From a virus, in the IMG/VR virus record IMGVR_UViG_3300020731_000015, positions 1 through 64,000 of that record: DNA of 64,000 bases; one strand, given 5' to 3'. The notes under the pieces were generated by a model that saw nothing but the letters and a program-made list of their open reading frames with translations, searched no databases and was not told the origin of the DNA. Made by a program: the position numbers and the translations under genes. Shown in pieces: positions 10,357 to 20,535 of the stretch (positions are counted from its first letter, which is position 1; every line of letters begins with the position of its first letter).

Positions 10357-11307
10357 ATGAACTCCACAATCCAAAAACTCCTTGCTTTGCCAAAGGCACA
10401 GCGCGAGGCGATTCTCAACTCCTTATCGCCCGAAGAACTCTACGCAGTCACGCAGGCGATTGAGGCCGAGGCGACCAAAATCCAACGGCATTGGTATTGC
10501 CCCCGTGAAACTTGCGATGGTGAACCACACGCCGGATTCCACTGGTGCGACCATCCGATTGACTCCGAAAACCACAAATCTTTTTGCAAACACGCCCGAA
10601 CCAGCCAACGCCCACCGAAGCAAGACCCGATGAACCCTTGGACAGTTTGGATGTATATGGGCGGTAGAGGCACTGGGAAAACGAGAAGTGGTGCTGAATG
10701 GGTGCTTGACCTAGTTTGGAATCAGGGCTATCGCCGTATTGCCCTTATCGGTAGAACGCCAGCCGATGTGCGAGATGTAATGATTGGCGGAGACTCTGGG
10801 ATTATGAATTGCTCTTCGCCCCACCCGAAGCCTCTCCACGAGCCCACGAAACGCCGACTCCTATTCGCCAACGGTGCTGAATGCTTTACATACTCGGCAG
10901 CGGCCCCCGACCAATTGCGTGGTCCACAGCACGATGCCGCTTGGGGTGACGAGATTGCGGCGTGGAGTGATGCGTTCCGAGGCGATGCTTTGGACACTTC
11001 GTATAACAACTTGATGCTCGGTCTTCGTCTAGGCGAGAAGCCACAGGCTCTTTTCACCACAACCCCTAAGCGAGTCAAACTCGTAAAGGAGATTTTGGGT
11101 AGAAAAAACACGACTATCACAAACGGTACGACCTACGAAAACCTAAAGAACCTCGCCCCATCGTTCCGAGAGAGCGTTATTCAGGCGTATGAGGGAACTC
11201 GTATTGGTCAGCAGGAGTTGATGGGCGTGATGATGACTGATGTTGACGGTTCGCTATGGACTTTGGAAATGATTGATTCCTGTCGTGGACAGTTGGCTAT
11301 CGTATGA
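10357..11307 (+). CDS. terL: terminase large subunit, ATPase domain
   Basis: Walker A GGRGTGKT, LRGPQ, Walker B AAWGDE, coupling motif TTTP. Confidence 0.93.
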   Translation: MNSTIQKLLALPKAQREAILNSLSPEELYAVTQAIEAEATKIQRHWYCPRETCDGEPHAGFHWCDHPIDSENHKSFCKHARTSQRPPKQDPMNPWTVWMYMGGRGTGKTRSGAEWVLDLVWNQGYRRIALIGRTPADVRDVMIGGDSGIMNCSSPHPKPLHEPTKRRLLFANGAECFTYSAAAPDQLRGPQHDAAWGDEIAAWSDAFRGDALDTSYNNLMLGLRLGEKPQALFTTTPKRVKLVKEILGRKNTTITNGTTYENLKNLAPSFRESVIQAYEGTRIGQQELMGVMMTDVDGSLWTLEMIDSCRGQLAIV

Positions 11308-11933
11308 TTTCCGTAAGTGCTGATGACTTCCTACGAATCGTTGTAGGCGTTGACCCCGCTATGACGAGTGGCGAGAACTCTGACGAGACCGGGATTATCG
11401 TTGCCGCATCAGGGCCGCATCAGCCAGATACTTGTAGTTTGGAACATTGTAAAGTTCACGGCTACATCTTGGAAGATGCCACTATCCCTAGAGGGCAAAA
11501 GGCAACACCTGAAAAGTGGGCCACGAGAGTCGTAGAAGCCTTTGACGAGTGGAACGCTGGCGTTGTTGTTGTAGAAAGCAACGCTGGTCACGAACTCTTG
11601 GAAATGACCCTACGCACGATTCGCCCGACCTTGCCAGTATTGCGACCCAATGCGGGCGAGGGAAAGCGGGCTCGTGCTGAACCTATCGTGGCTCTTTACG
11701 AGCAGGGGCGAGTTCATCACTTAGGCGACCCAACACAGTTCGCTACTTTGGAAGAACAGATGACAACTTGGGTTCCTGAAGCGGGCAAGCACAATTCACC
11801 AGACCGGCTTGATGCCCTTGTATGGGCATTGACCGAACTCAACCTGTCTGGGCGTAAGCCACGCAGGGCTTTGCCTGATGTTATGCCTATAGATATGCCC
11901 CAGCCTAATGTGTGGCGAGGTATGAGCCTCTAA
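11304..11933 (+). CDS. terL: terminase large subunit, RNase H-like nuclease domain (separate ORF)
   Basis: IVVGVDPA..DETGI, VVESNAG, KRARAEP, SPDRLDALVWA. Confidence 0.9.
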   Translation: MISVSADDFLRIVVGVDPAMTSGENSDETGIIVAASGPHQPDTCSLEHCKVHGYILEDATIPRGQKATPEKWATRVVEAFDEWNAGVVVVESNAGHELLEMTLRTIRPTLPVLRPNAGEGKRARAEPIVALYEQGRVHHLGDPTQFATLEEQMTTWVPEAGKHNSPDRLDALVWALTELNLSGRKPRRALPDVMPIDMPQPNVWRGMSL

Positions 11934-12172
11934 ACGAGCGCGTAGTGAGCCTGTGTGCCGTTTCCTGACCATCTAGACCAGACTTGGGAGTATCCGACTA
12001 TCCGAATCTTTCCGTCGCTCTCAAGGCGGTCTAGAAGCCAAGTTAGGCTCGGCTCAAAGATGTTTGTATCGCTGCTGATTTCCTCAACCGACAATCCGTT
12101 GGGATTACGCTCTAGGTCGTTCAGAATCTTCTCTTGATTCGCTATGACCCACTCTGATTGGAGAGTATTCAT
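11930..12172 (-). CDS. winged-helix DNA-binding protein
   Basis: LSVEEISS..LTWLLDRLESDGKI. Confidence 0.5.
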   Translation of the reverse strand: MNTLQSEWVIANQEKILNDLERNPNGLSVEEISSDTNIFEPSLTWLLDRLESDGKIRIVGYSQVWSRWSGNGTQAHYALV

Positions 12173-12576
12173 AGTGGATTCCCATCAAAGTCCGTGACGG
12201 TAATTCTCAAGTAATCCTCGATATTGAGATTGGGAACGGTCACGCTCTCTTCGTAGGCGAGAAGCGTAGCGAGTTGCTCGTCTGTCAGACCAAGCGTTTC
12301 ACCACCGAGGTTCGCGCCACCTGTGAAGATAACATTTCCGACCATAACATCAGTTGGGCCGTAGTTCTCTACCCAAAGGGCGGTAGCCATAGGGTTCTGA
12401 ACAATCTCGCCAGCGTATTTACCCTCTTCGTTGACCCACATATCTATACCGAGCGATGGCAGGTGGACACGCTCAATAAATCCGCCTACGGCTTCGCTCA
12501 AAACATCTAGAGATGTCGCTTTGCTGAAATCAACAACTTCACGCTTGTTATCGGTAGATACCTTTAGGGCTTTCAT
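12169..12576 (-). CDS. DUF3846-like phage protein
   Basis: AVGGFIE..MWVNEEGK..NPMAT..DVMVGNVIFTG. Confidence 0.75.
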   Translation of the reverse strand: MKALKVSTDNKREVVDFSKATSLDVLSEAVGGFIERVHLPSLGIDMWVNEEGKYAGEIVQNPMATALWVENYGPTDVMVGNVIFTGGANLGGETLGLTDEQLATLLAYEESVTVPNLNIEDYLRITVTDFDGNPL

Positions 12577-12833
12577 TAGTTGCCCTGCTTTACGAAAGTG
12601 AGCGCGTAGGTGGCAAATCGCTTGCGGGCTAGTGCCGTGTTTTCGATTCCGTGAAAGACCTCTTTGAGAGCCGGGTCGCCGTTGCTGAAATCAAAATCCA
12701 TAGCGAGGGTCACGCCAGTCTCATCAAGATAAAGTTCCCCACGAAGCGTTGAGCCATCGCTACGAACGACCGATGACTCTAAGCACTTGATACCGGGAAC
12801 CCATACTGGTTCGGTAATTGTTGTGTTTGGCAT
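12576..12833 (-). CDS. hypothetical protein
   Basis: AAAGGAGA RBS; coupled to the downstream gene. Confidence 0.55.
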   Translation of the reverse strand: MPNTTITEPVWVPGIKCLESSVVRSDGSTLRGELYLDETGVTLAMDFDFSNGDPALKEVFHGIENTALARKRFATYALTFVKQGN

Positions 12834-13251
12834 TTGTATCTCCTTTATTTGCCTAACCCTAGTTTAGTGTCTAGGAACACCTCAAAGCAAGGGCTATTCG
12901 CCGCCCTCTATCTTCTCTACAAAGAAACGGAGTTTGCCCGCCTCTAGAGAATCAACAACCATTTTGTTTAGTTGGTTTGTAGCGTTTTGTAGATTGGCAT
13001 TGACCTCATCATTTAGGCGAGTGGTCTTATCCAGCAGCAAGGCCGCTTGCTCGGAGTAGTCAGCGAGACTAATTTCCCCATCTAGATACTTCTTGAGCAA
13101 GACCGCCCCAAGTGATGAGTGAGTCGCTAGGTTCTCGTGCTTTTTATCCTTTGCTCGTTGCTGAAATGAATACTCAACGGTCGCTACGAGATAGCCGAGT
13201 TTCTCGGCCTGATGCTCGATAGAGCCAAAGGTGGAAGAGTCGAACGAGTCG

Positions 13252-13578
13252 CTACTCACCGGCACTTTCGCCCTCTTCTGCCATACCAACGACACTCTCA
13301 AGGTCTTCTACATACTCCTTGATTCGTTGCTCTAGGAACTTCAGCACGAAGTTAAACGAGTTGATAGCCCCGAACCTCTGTTGCCCCTCGGCGGTGTCTG
13401 TCGTGCCACCTGAAGTGACAACGGCATTGTGCTCGTCAGTCAGGTTATTGATATTGGCTACCAAGACATTGTGAATGAACATCAACTCTGCCCCAACCGC
13501 CGCTTCCTTGCTAGGCATAGCCTTAGCGGTTTCGGAGTTGGGGTAGGTGATATTCTCGTTAGTGGGTGCGTCGCTCAT
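13252..13578 (-). CDS. hypothetical protein
   Basis: ORF within the leftward operon with overlapping stop/start. Confidence 0.5.
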   Translation of the reverse strand: MSDAPTNENITYPNSETAKAMPSKEAAVGAELMFIHNVLVANINNLTDEHNAVVTSGGTTDTAEGQQRFGAINSFNFVLKFLEQRIKEYVEDLESVVGMAEEGESAGE

Positions 13579-13961
13579 TCTTTGAGGCTATCGGCTTTGG
13601 GTAGAACGGTCAAGTTCGCCGGTTCCTTGTGGACTCCGAAAGCCCGGTTAAATAGTTCGTGGATGTCCATAGCCTCAACCTCGGCTGGTGAATCCTCGTC
13701 ATCTGACTCGTAGTGAGCGCAAGTGTCATCGTGTTGCCAAGCGTAGAACTCCGTGTTGGGAGTGTTGCCGAGCCAACGGTCATCTTCGGGGGTCTTCGCC
13801 CAGTCCGCATAACTCTCGCAGCAATTCTCGTAGGCAACCAAGACCTCTGCTGAAACGGTCTTGTCGCTAGAACTAAGCAAGTAGTTGTAGTTCCAAGTGG
13901 ATGGGTCGGTGTCGCTCTCAACTTCGAGAACAACCACATACTTCTTCTTATTGGTATCCAT
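13575..13961 (-). CDS. hypothetical protein
   Basis: AAAGGAGA RBS downstream of a GGGTTTAGT-associated promoter. Confidence 0.55.
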   Translation of the reverse strand: MDTNKKKYVVVLEVESDTDPSTWNYNYLLSSSDKTVSAEVLVAYENCCESYADWAKTPEDDRWLGNTPNTEFYAWQHDDTCAHYESDDEDSPAEVEAMDIHELFNRAFGVHKEPANLTVLPKADSLKE

Positions 13962-13998
13962 AGGTATCTCCTTTACTAAACCCTACTCTACTAGTGTA

Positions 13999-14934
13999 TC
14001 AGGCCGCTGTGACAGTCGAGCGGATTTCCTCGCCTAGAACGACAGAATCCCCGTTATCAAAGGAAAGTGTCACGGGTCCGATTTCCTCGGCCAACTTCGT
14101 AAGGCGATTGGTGATTTCTCTTTCTAGTTCGCCCAAGAACTTCTTGTAGATAGTCAAGATAATTCGCCGGGAAGACTGAATCGCTTGCTCGAAGTCTGTT
14201 TCGATTAGGCAACCGTTGGGAAGCAACCGACTGATGTAGTCGTTGTTAGGGGTGCTGAAATGCTGGGCGGCCTTACTAAAAATTGTGTAGCGATGTGAGC
14301 CCAACTTGACCTTGTAGCGGGTATCCATTTCGCCGTTATTTCCAAATTGGATAAACGGAGTAATCGTCAACAAAGTAATGTCCATTCGAGGAACGCCAAC
14401 GAGGACTAACTCGCCGCTAGTAGATGGCTCGACCACTACCCCTTGCTGATTTATTTTCTCAATGTGCCAAACAATTTTGTTGTAGTCAGCCACGAGGGTA
14501 TCAACGCTTTCCGTAGGGAACACTCCGTATCCGCCACTACTACCAGTCATAAGCCGAAGGGCGGGGAGAATCGTGCTATTGACCCGATTGGCGCGAAAAG
14601 ATGCGATTGCTTCTTCCATATCTTTTAAGAACCGAGTCAGGGCTCGCTTTACAACTGGTGAAGCGTTCTGCTTTTCTCTAAAGGCATCTTCTTTGGCTGC
14701 CACGACATCATCAACGAGCAAGAAAGTATTACCGCCCCGATAGAACTGGTCGCAGTCGTAGTCAAGAACATCAGCAACGGTGTATCCGCTACCAGCGGGC
14801 ATACAAACCTTGATTGGGGGCAAAACCCCAGAGGCTTCATCTCGCTCGGCCTTTTGCCGACCATACGCCGTAATCTGTCTGATTATTGGGTTTAGGTCTT
14901 TTGTGATTTGGATTCCCTTTGGAAAATTAGTCAT
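13999..14934 (-). CDS. hypothetical protein
   Basis: Long ORF; start at MTNFPKG with a GGAG RBS. Confidence 0.6.
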   Translation of the reverse strand: MTNFPKGIQITKDLNPIIRQITAYGRQKAERDEASGVLPPIKVCMPAGSGYTVADVLDYDCDQFYRGGNTFLLVDDVVAAKEDAFREKQNASPVVKRALTRFLKDMEEAIASFRANRVNSTILPALRLMTGSSGGYGVFPTESVDTLVADYNKIVWHIEKINQQGVVVEPSTSGELVLVGVPRMDITLLTITPFIQFGNNGEMDTRYKVKLGSHRYTIFSKAAQHFSTPNNDYISRLLPNGCLIETDFEQAIQSSRRIILTIYKKFLGELEREITNRLTKLAEEIGPVTLSFDNGDSVVLGEEIRSTVTAA

Positions 14935-15253
14935 TGTTCTCAATCTCCTTTTGGTGAAATGACTCGTAAAAATCTCTGGCTTCTGTGAGCACATCAGGCA
15001 AGGGCTTGCCAGTCACGCTCAACCTAATAACGCCATACTCGGCTAGACCGATAAGGAACTCTTCTTCGGTTAGGTCGGGGTCAATGATTACTCCATACTG
15101 AACCCACACCCGATAGGCGATTCCCCGCTTGGGATACTTGGCGTCGGCGGGCGAATACGAACGCTCACCGATAATCGCTAGAACATCGAAAGCCGATGGG
15201 GCAGTGATAGTTTCACCACCCCATACGACTTTCCAAGTGGCTTCCTTACGCAT
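14927..15253 (-). CDS. hypothetical protein of the amidoligase operon
   Basis: Coupled to the GATase gene. Confidence 0.55.
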   Translation of the reverse strand: MRKEATWKVVWGGETITAPSAFDVLAIIGERSYSPADAKYPKRGIAYRVWVQYGVIIDPDLTEEEFLIGLAEYGVIRLSVTGKPLPDVLTEARDFYESFHQKEIENND

Positions 15254-15981
15254 TAGGCAATCGCTTTCAGACTCTCGCCAATCTTGCGAACATCAAGAAT
15301 ATTGCCGTTGCGGATTCGCATATAGGTATAAGGCTTGATATTTTCTATCCACTCCAACTTCACGCCAGCATCCTCGCAAGCGTTCACTAGCAAGGGGATA
15401 GTGGAAGCGAATACCAACGAACCCTTTGGGGTCACGCCGATAGCAAGTGGTGAATCGGTCACACGGGCAAGGTGTAGGTCACGCTTATCCTTGGCATCGA
15501 ACCACGCTAAGGCGGCCCGACCCTTGAGAGACTTCAGAACCTTGTTAGGGGCGTGAACCGTGTTGGCAAGCAAGGCAAACGCCGCTTCGCTATCCACTTC
15601 ACCATAACGCTCGCAGCGTAGGGTGTCGAAGATTGCGTTGTCATTCGCCAAGTGTCCGTTGTGAACCCCCACGACCCGGCCCGAAACAATCGGGTGGTTG
15701 TTGAGGTTGTCCTGTGGTGAACCCTGCGTAGCGTAGCGAGTGTGAAGGATAGCCCTACGAGTATCCGTAGGCATCTCCGCCAAGTATGGCTCAAACTCCC
15801 AAGCGGGGACAGGGGCCTTACTAACAGCGATAGAAGCCTTTTTGTTGCCGTCCTTGAATACCCACGCCGCACCGGTGGCGTGTTCACCACGCTCAACGAT
15901 TTGATTTAGTAGGCACTCGGATAGAAGTTGGGCATCTATCTTTTCGTTTTGCGTGAAGCAAAATCCAGCAATTCCACACAT
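15253..15981 (-). CDS. class II glutamine amidotransferase (Ntn hydrolase)
   Basis: MCGIAG N-terminal Cys, RGEHATG, HTRYATQG, NNHP, HNG, DSE. Confidence 0.9.
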   Translation of the reverse strand: MCGIAGFCFTQNEKIDAQLLSECLLNQIVERGEHATGAAWVFKDGNKKASIAVSKAPVPAWEFEPYLAEMPTDTRRAILHTRYATQGSPQDNLNNHPIVSGRVVGVHNGHLANDNAIFDTLRCERYGEVDSEAAFALLANTVHAPNKVLKSLKGRAALAWFDAKDKRDLHLARVTDSPLAIGVTPKGSLVFASTIPLLVNACEDAGVKLEWIENIKPYTYMRIRNGNILDVRKIGESLKAIA

Positions 15982-15992
15982 TGTTATCTCCT

Positions 15993-17090
15993 TTAGTTAG
16001 ATGTTGCTCGTGCGCGGGCTTCGTCACGGCTACGCTCTAAGCGCTCGGCGCGACGGGTGAGGAAAGTGCGAGTCTCCGAGTGGAGTGGCAAGCCGTTCAG
16101 CAATCCGTCAAGGGAAGTGAGGTCGGTTGCCGTGTCCATAGTGACTGACTTCTCAACCATAGCCATAAGGAACTTGACCCACGAAGTCACCTTTTCGCCG
16201 TTGAGCGTTCCTTGGTGCTGACGGAACTCAACGGTTCCATACTTGGCGTAGGAAGCAAGGTTGACAGCGTGGTAGCGGTCGTAGTGGCTAAGCGTTGGGC
16301 GCAAGCGGCGAGTGTCGCTCGCACTATCAGCGTTCTCAAACGCCACCACAGTATTGCTATTGCGAGTGTAGCGGTCCATCGGCTGGCAGTAGATATTGGT
16401 CCAACGACTACGAGCAATCAACTTGTTGATGTGCTCTTGGTTGGCCGAGTAGAGGTCAAGGGTCTTGACAATCTGCTTCCCGGTCAAACCGTCCATACCG
16501 ATATGAATGTGTAAGCCACAAGTTTTGTCGGTCTTACCACCGGCGTTCTGTAGGGCGTTGACCGCTTTGGCAGCGAGAACCAATCCCTCTTCACCTCGTA
16601 GGACTGGCGAAACCAATTCCATACCACGACCAAGACCCGTGCCACGACCGTTAACGCTCTGGTCGTAAACCAACTTCCAACCGCTAACGGTGTTAGTCGA
16701 GACATCGTGGTTGTAGCCAACATAAGGGGCGGTGATTCCGATAGCGGCGAGAGCGGCCGTTGCTTCGGTAGGTGTGATACCGAAGAACTCCGCTTCGAAA
16801 CCGAAAGTGCGGTTCGAGGGAAGCATAGGGAACTCACCGTTAGCCACCGAGTAGTCGGTAGTGGTGCTGTTGCCAAGTGCCATACGGCGGGCTACCGCAC
16901 GAACGGCCTCGGCTGCTGATTGTGCCTTTGGATTGCCGAGCGCGTCAACATAACCGAGTTGGCGGGCAATCTCAATGTATGACACTCCGTTTTGGCGAAG
17001 CGTGTAGGCCGCTTCTTGGCGCAAGCGAGTTGCTGCGCGTGAGCGGTCAATGTTCGACCAGTTGTAATTGTTAGGCCGGTTCTGTGGCAT
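15993..17090 (-). CDS. putative amidoligase (Amidoligase_2 / COOH-NH2 ligase) with N-terminal HTH
   Basis: RTFGFEAEF, MELVSPVL, CGLHIHIG, RYHAVNL, GTVEFRQHQGT. Confidence 0.88.
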   Translation of the reverse strand: MPQNRPNNYNWSNIDRSRAATRLRQEAAYTLRQNGVSYIEIARQLGYVDALGNPKAQSAAEAVRAVARRMALGNSTTTDYSVANGEFPMLPSNRTFGFEAEFFGITPTEATAALAAIGITAPYVGYNHDVSTNTVSGWKLVYDQSVNGRGTGLGRGMELVSPVLRGEEGLVLAAKAVNALQNAGGKTDKTCGLHIHIGMDGLTGKQIVKTLDLYSANQEHINKLIARSRWTNIYCQPMDRYTRNSNTVVAFENADSASDTRRLRPTLSHYDRYHAVNLASYAKYGTVEFRQHQGTLNGEKVTSWVKFLMAMVEKSVTMDTATDLTSLDGLLNGLPLHSETRTFLTRRAERLERSRDEARARATSN

Positions 17091-17292
17091 CGGTGTCTCC
17101 TTTTTCCTTTTGTTTATCCGACAACTAAACCTTACTATAGTTTGGAAACCAATGTCAAGTCAATTTGGAAAAAACTTCTAAAGCCTTGTAAATAAAGGGT
17201 TTTGGGGCTTTACCAACTTTTCCAAACAATCCTTGACCCCCGAACCCCACTCTAGTATTATGGATTCTGTCGGATACAACAAAGGAGACACT

Positions 17293-17580
17293 ATGCGACA
17301 GGTATCACCAAACAAAAGGAAGCGCGGCAACGAGTGGACTAGCACGATTTGGGGCTGGTCGGCGTTCTTGGGCTTCTTGGAATTGCGAATTGCGATGCAC
17401 TTCTACAAGTCAATCAACCTCAACACCTTTGGTGCTGAAGCCCGGCTCGCAGTTGTGTATGGCGGGCTCACGGCTCTGACGGCAATCGTTATCGCCGGGA
17501 TTTGCTCGGAGGTTCGTATCGTTCGCCGCCGTGCCGAGCAAAAGATTTTGGCGAAAGCCAACAAAACTTTAATCAAGTAG
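17293..17580 (+). CDS. membrane protein
   Basis: Two hydrophobic segments; AAAGGAGACACTATG RBS. Confidence 0.55.
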   Translation: MRQVSPNKRKRGNEWTSTIWGWSAFLGFLELRIAMHFYKSINLNTFGAEARLAVVYGGLTALTAIVIAGICSEVRIVRRRAEQKILAKANKTLIK

Positions 17581-17620
17581 GTATCACCTAGTAGCCCCCT
17601 ACATACTAGAGTGGGGGGCT

Positions 17621-18238
17621 ATGGGTGGACCCACAAAAGGCATAGCATCATTTGAGGAACGGCAGGCTACCGAAGCCCGCGCGTTGCCTATTATCAGGCG
17701 ATACATCAACTCGCTTGACTTCACCCTCGACCTAGAAGATGTAGATGTCGAAACGCAAAAATCTGACGACATAGATTTCTATTGGATTCGCTCTAACAAG
17801 GGCAAACACGAAACAATCACTATTGAGGTCAAAGCGGATACGAAAATAGCCGGGAGTGGGAACTTTGCTTTCGAGACAATCAGCAACGAGATAAAGTTCA
17901 CGCAAGGTTGCTTTATGCGAAGCAAGGCCGACTACTTCTACTACTTCGCTCTCGAAACTAATGAACTTTGGATTTTCCCGCTTGATGTAGTTCGCCAGTG
18001 GTTTATTCGTGAGATGAGTAGCCGACCCAATCGCTTTCCACAATTTAGGACTCATACACGGATTGCTTACAATAAGTTCTACACGGCTCGTGGCTACCTA
18101 GTTCCTATCGTAGAACTCCAACAGGCCTTTGGAACGGAACTTCGGTATCGTGACCTAAGTGCGTTCGCAACCGTGCCATCACCAAAAGAAACGATTATGT
18201 CCGTATTCGGCTCTAGTGCGAAAGTAGTCGAGGAATAA
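17621..18238 (+). CDS. PD-(D/E)XK nuclease-like protein
   Basis: DIDF..TIEVKAD..SGNFAFE..SKADY. Confidence 0.65.
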   Translation: MGGPTKGIASFEERQATEARALPIIRRYINSLDFTLDLEDVDVETQKSDDIDFYWIRSNKGKHETITIEVKADTKIAGSGNFAFETISNEIKFTQGCFMRSKADYFYYFALETNELWIFPLDVVRQWFIREMSSRPNRFPQFRTHTRIAYNKFYTARGYLVPIVELQQAFGTELRYRDLSAFATVPSPKETIMSVFGSSAKVVEE

Positions 18239-18414
18239 TGACCCCATCACAGCGCCGACACTATCGGGCGAAGCACACACCACGTTGGAACGAACAAACG
18301 CCTAGAGGCGAATACCAATGCTTAGAGTGCGAAAAGCAATACCCTTGCGACGTTGCCGAGTTGTTGGACTACCTAGACATCGTTGAGCCACTACCGAAAG
18401 TAGTCGAGGAATAA
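18238..18414 (+). CDS. 58-aa H..CxxC..PCD family protein flanked by 23-bp direct repeats
   Basis: YQCLECEKQYPCDVAELLDYLD; CGAAAGTAGTCGAGGAATAATGA at 18219 and 18395. Confidence 0.6.
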   Translation: MTPSQRRHYRAKHTPRWNEQTPRGEYQCLECEKQYPCDVAELLDYLDIVEPLPKVVEE

Positions 18415-19001
18415 TGAAACTCTCCGAACTACAGGAACTCGCTCTAATCACCACTCTCTATCCTTGGGAGAACGAAGCGGCTATCGCCGTAGGCAAGGGC
18501 AGAACCCAGCAAAATCTAACCAAGAGCAATCGCCACTCCTACGATGAATCAAAGTTGATGGCGGATAACGAGTTGGCGAATATCCACTCGGCCGCTGCTG
18601 AAATCGGTTCGTTCCGTTTGATAGGCGGATATTGCTTTAATGGAATCTGGCTCAAGGAAGACCACGCCAAGTATCGGGAACTACCTGACGGCTTGCTAGG
18701 TGCTACCGAGGTGGAAATCAAGTGGCGTAGGAACGCCCATTCAATGCCGGTTGACCTAAAGGACTCCGAGCGCAACCGACTAGTTCTATGGGCCGAGAGT
18801 CGCATAGCGGGCTGTGTCTGCGAGGTATGTGCTGATTACCCACCGCGCCCGGCCACGAAAGTTCGCCTACTAGGTGGGGGCTGGGCTCGAGAACTCTACC
18901 CACTCGGAACGGCATACAACGGCGACCCAAAGCGAGTAAAAGTCTCCGTTAACGAACTAACCCCTATCTCACTACTTCTTTCTAACGAGGTGAAAGTATG
19001 A
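18414..19001 (+). CDS. hypothetical protein, possible restriction-endonuclease fold
   Basis: AAAE..PDG..VEIKW. Confidence 0.45.
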   Translation: MKLSELQELALITTLYPWENEAAIAVGKGRTQQNLTKSNRHSYDESKLMADNELANIHSAAAEIGSFRLIGGYCFNGIWLKEDHAKYRELPDGLLGATEVEIKWRRNAHSMPVDLKDSERNRLVLWAESRIAGCVCEVCADYPPRPATKVRLLGGGWARELYPLGTAYNGDPKRVKVSVNELTPISLLLSNEVKV

Positions 19002-20104
19002 AACTCTCCCTAGCGATGATTGTCCGGGATAACGAAAGTGTCTTGGGCCAGACTTTGGAATCAATCCAGTCCTTTGTTGATGAAATCATTATCGTTGACA
19101 CGGGCTCACTAGACAATACGAAAGCCGTTGCTGAATCGTATGGGGCAAAGGTCTATGACTTCGAGTGGATAGACGACTTCGCCGCAGCAAGAAACTTCTC
19201 GTTCGAGAAAGCCACGAATGATTGGGTTATGTGGCTAGATAGTGGTGATATCGTTCCGCCCAACTCCGCCAAGATAATTATCTCGGAGTTTAAGAACAAC
19301 CCTTTCTTCAATAATCCAAATACGGATGCTGAGGGCGCGATGTTCCGTATGAATCGCCTAATCACTGACGAGGGCGAAGTAATCAGTTGGTATATGATTT
19401 GCCGAATCGCTCGCAAATCAGCAGGGGCTAAGTGGGTAGAGCCAATCCACGAAACACTAGCGACCGACAACAATCGCTTCTACGGAATCGACACGGCCTA
19501 TGTAAATGACCCGCTCGCTATCCATCAGGGCGTATCAGACCGAAACCTCAATATCTTGCTACGCCTACGCGCTCGAGAAGAGGTATCCACCCGAACCCAT
19601 TACTACTTGGGCCAAGAACTCGTAGCCCATCAGCGACTTGACGAGGCTATCCCAGAGTTCCTATCGGTTTTGGAAAAGCAGGACTACACCTACCAACGCT
19701 ATGTCTCACTAATGAACCTAGCGATGATTTACTTCGCCAAGCAGGACTTCGGCAAGTATGTGGAGTATCTCCTACAGGCGGCGTTCTTCGATTCTTCCAA
19801 ACCTGATGCCTTTATCAACTTAGGTGATGTGTTCTTTAACAACAGCGACTGGCTCAAGGCTATGCCGTTCTACAAAGCCACTATCGGTATGAAGCCGATT
19901 AGCGATGGCTCGCAAGCCAACGAACACTTCTACGGCTACTACCCGCACGGCAAGTTGGGCTTCTGTTATCTCGGCTTAGGTGATAACAAGCAAGCGCTCT
20001 ACCACTTTAAGGAAGCGGCCCGAACCTCGGCGGGGGAAATCAAAGATAAGTATATGAAACTCGTTAGAGATTTCACCTTAGAGAGAAAGAACAAAAAGAA
20101 ATGA
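18998..20104 (+). CDS. GT2 glycosyltransferase with TPR repeats
   Basis: LSLAMIVRDN..VDTGSLDNT..DDFAAARN..WLDSGD; C-terminal TPR-like helices. Confidence 0.88.
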   Translation: MKLSLAMIVRDNESVLGQTLESIQSFVDEIIIVDTGSLDNTKAVAESYGAKVYDFEWIDDFAAARNFSFEKATNDWVMWLDSGDIVPPNSAKIIISEFKNNPFFNNPNTDAEGAMFRMNRLITDEGEVISWYMICRIARKSAGAKWVEPIHETLATDNNRFYGIDTAYVNDPLAIHQGVSDRNLNILLRLRAREEVSTRTHYYLGQELVAHQRLDEAIPEFLSVLEKQDYTYQRYVSLMNLAMIYFAKQDFGKYVEYLLQAAFFDSSKPDAFINLGDVFFNNSDWLKAMPFYKATIGMKPISDGSQANEHFYGYYPHGKLGFCYLGLGDNKQALYHFKEAARTSAGEIKDKYMKLVRDFTLERKNKKK

Positions 20105-20535
20105 GACTTTTACTAGAGGTAGATAAGAATGTCGGCAAGATTCGACTGGCTCGTGCCAACGAAGAGGGCTTCTTAGTTAGTCAGCGCGATATCGCCACTA
20201 TCGAGAACTCCGATACAGATGCGAACCGAGTAGCGGCACTCAAGGTAGCGAAAGTCTATGGCTGGGCTCAAGCCGATGAGTGGGGAACTAACGAAGACGG
20301 AACTATCAATTGGTGCTATGTAGAACCGACCCCAATCAAGATTTCGTTTGTCGGTGCTGATATCCCAAACGAACTCGCACTTGCCTACGCTAAGGCCGCC
20401 GATTACAAGGTCACATCAGTTATTGACCGAGAGCCGTTGCCTGACGAGGGCAAGATTGCCTTTACCTTTACGATTAACGAACCGCACGGCTGGTCATACG
20501 AGTCGTTCACAACCAACGAACCTTTCGATGTATAA
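20101..20535 (+). CDS. hypothetical protein
   Basis: Coupled ORF. Confidence 0.5.
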   Translation: MRLLLEVDKNVGKIRLARANEEGFLVSQRDIATIENSDTDANRVAALKVAKVYGWAQADEWGTNEDGTINWCYVEPTPIKISFVGADIPNELALAYAKAADYKVTSVIDREPLPDEGKIAFTFTINEPHGWSYESFTTNEPFDV

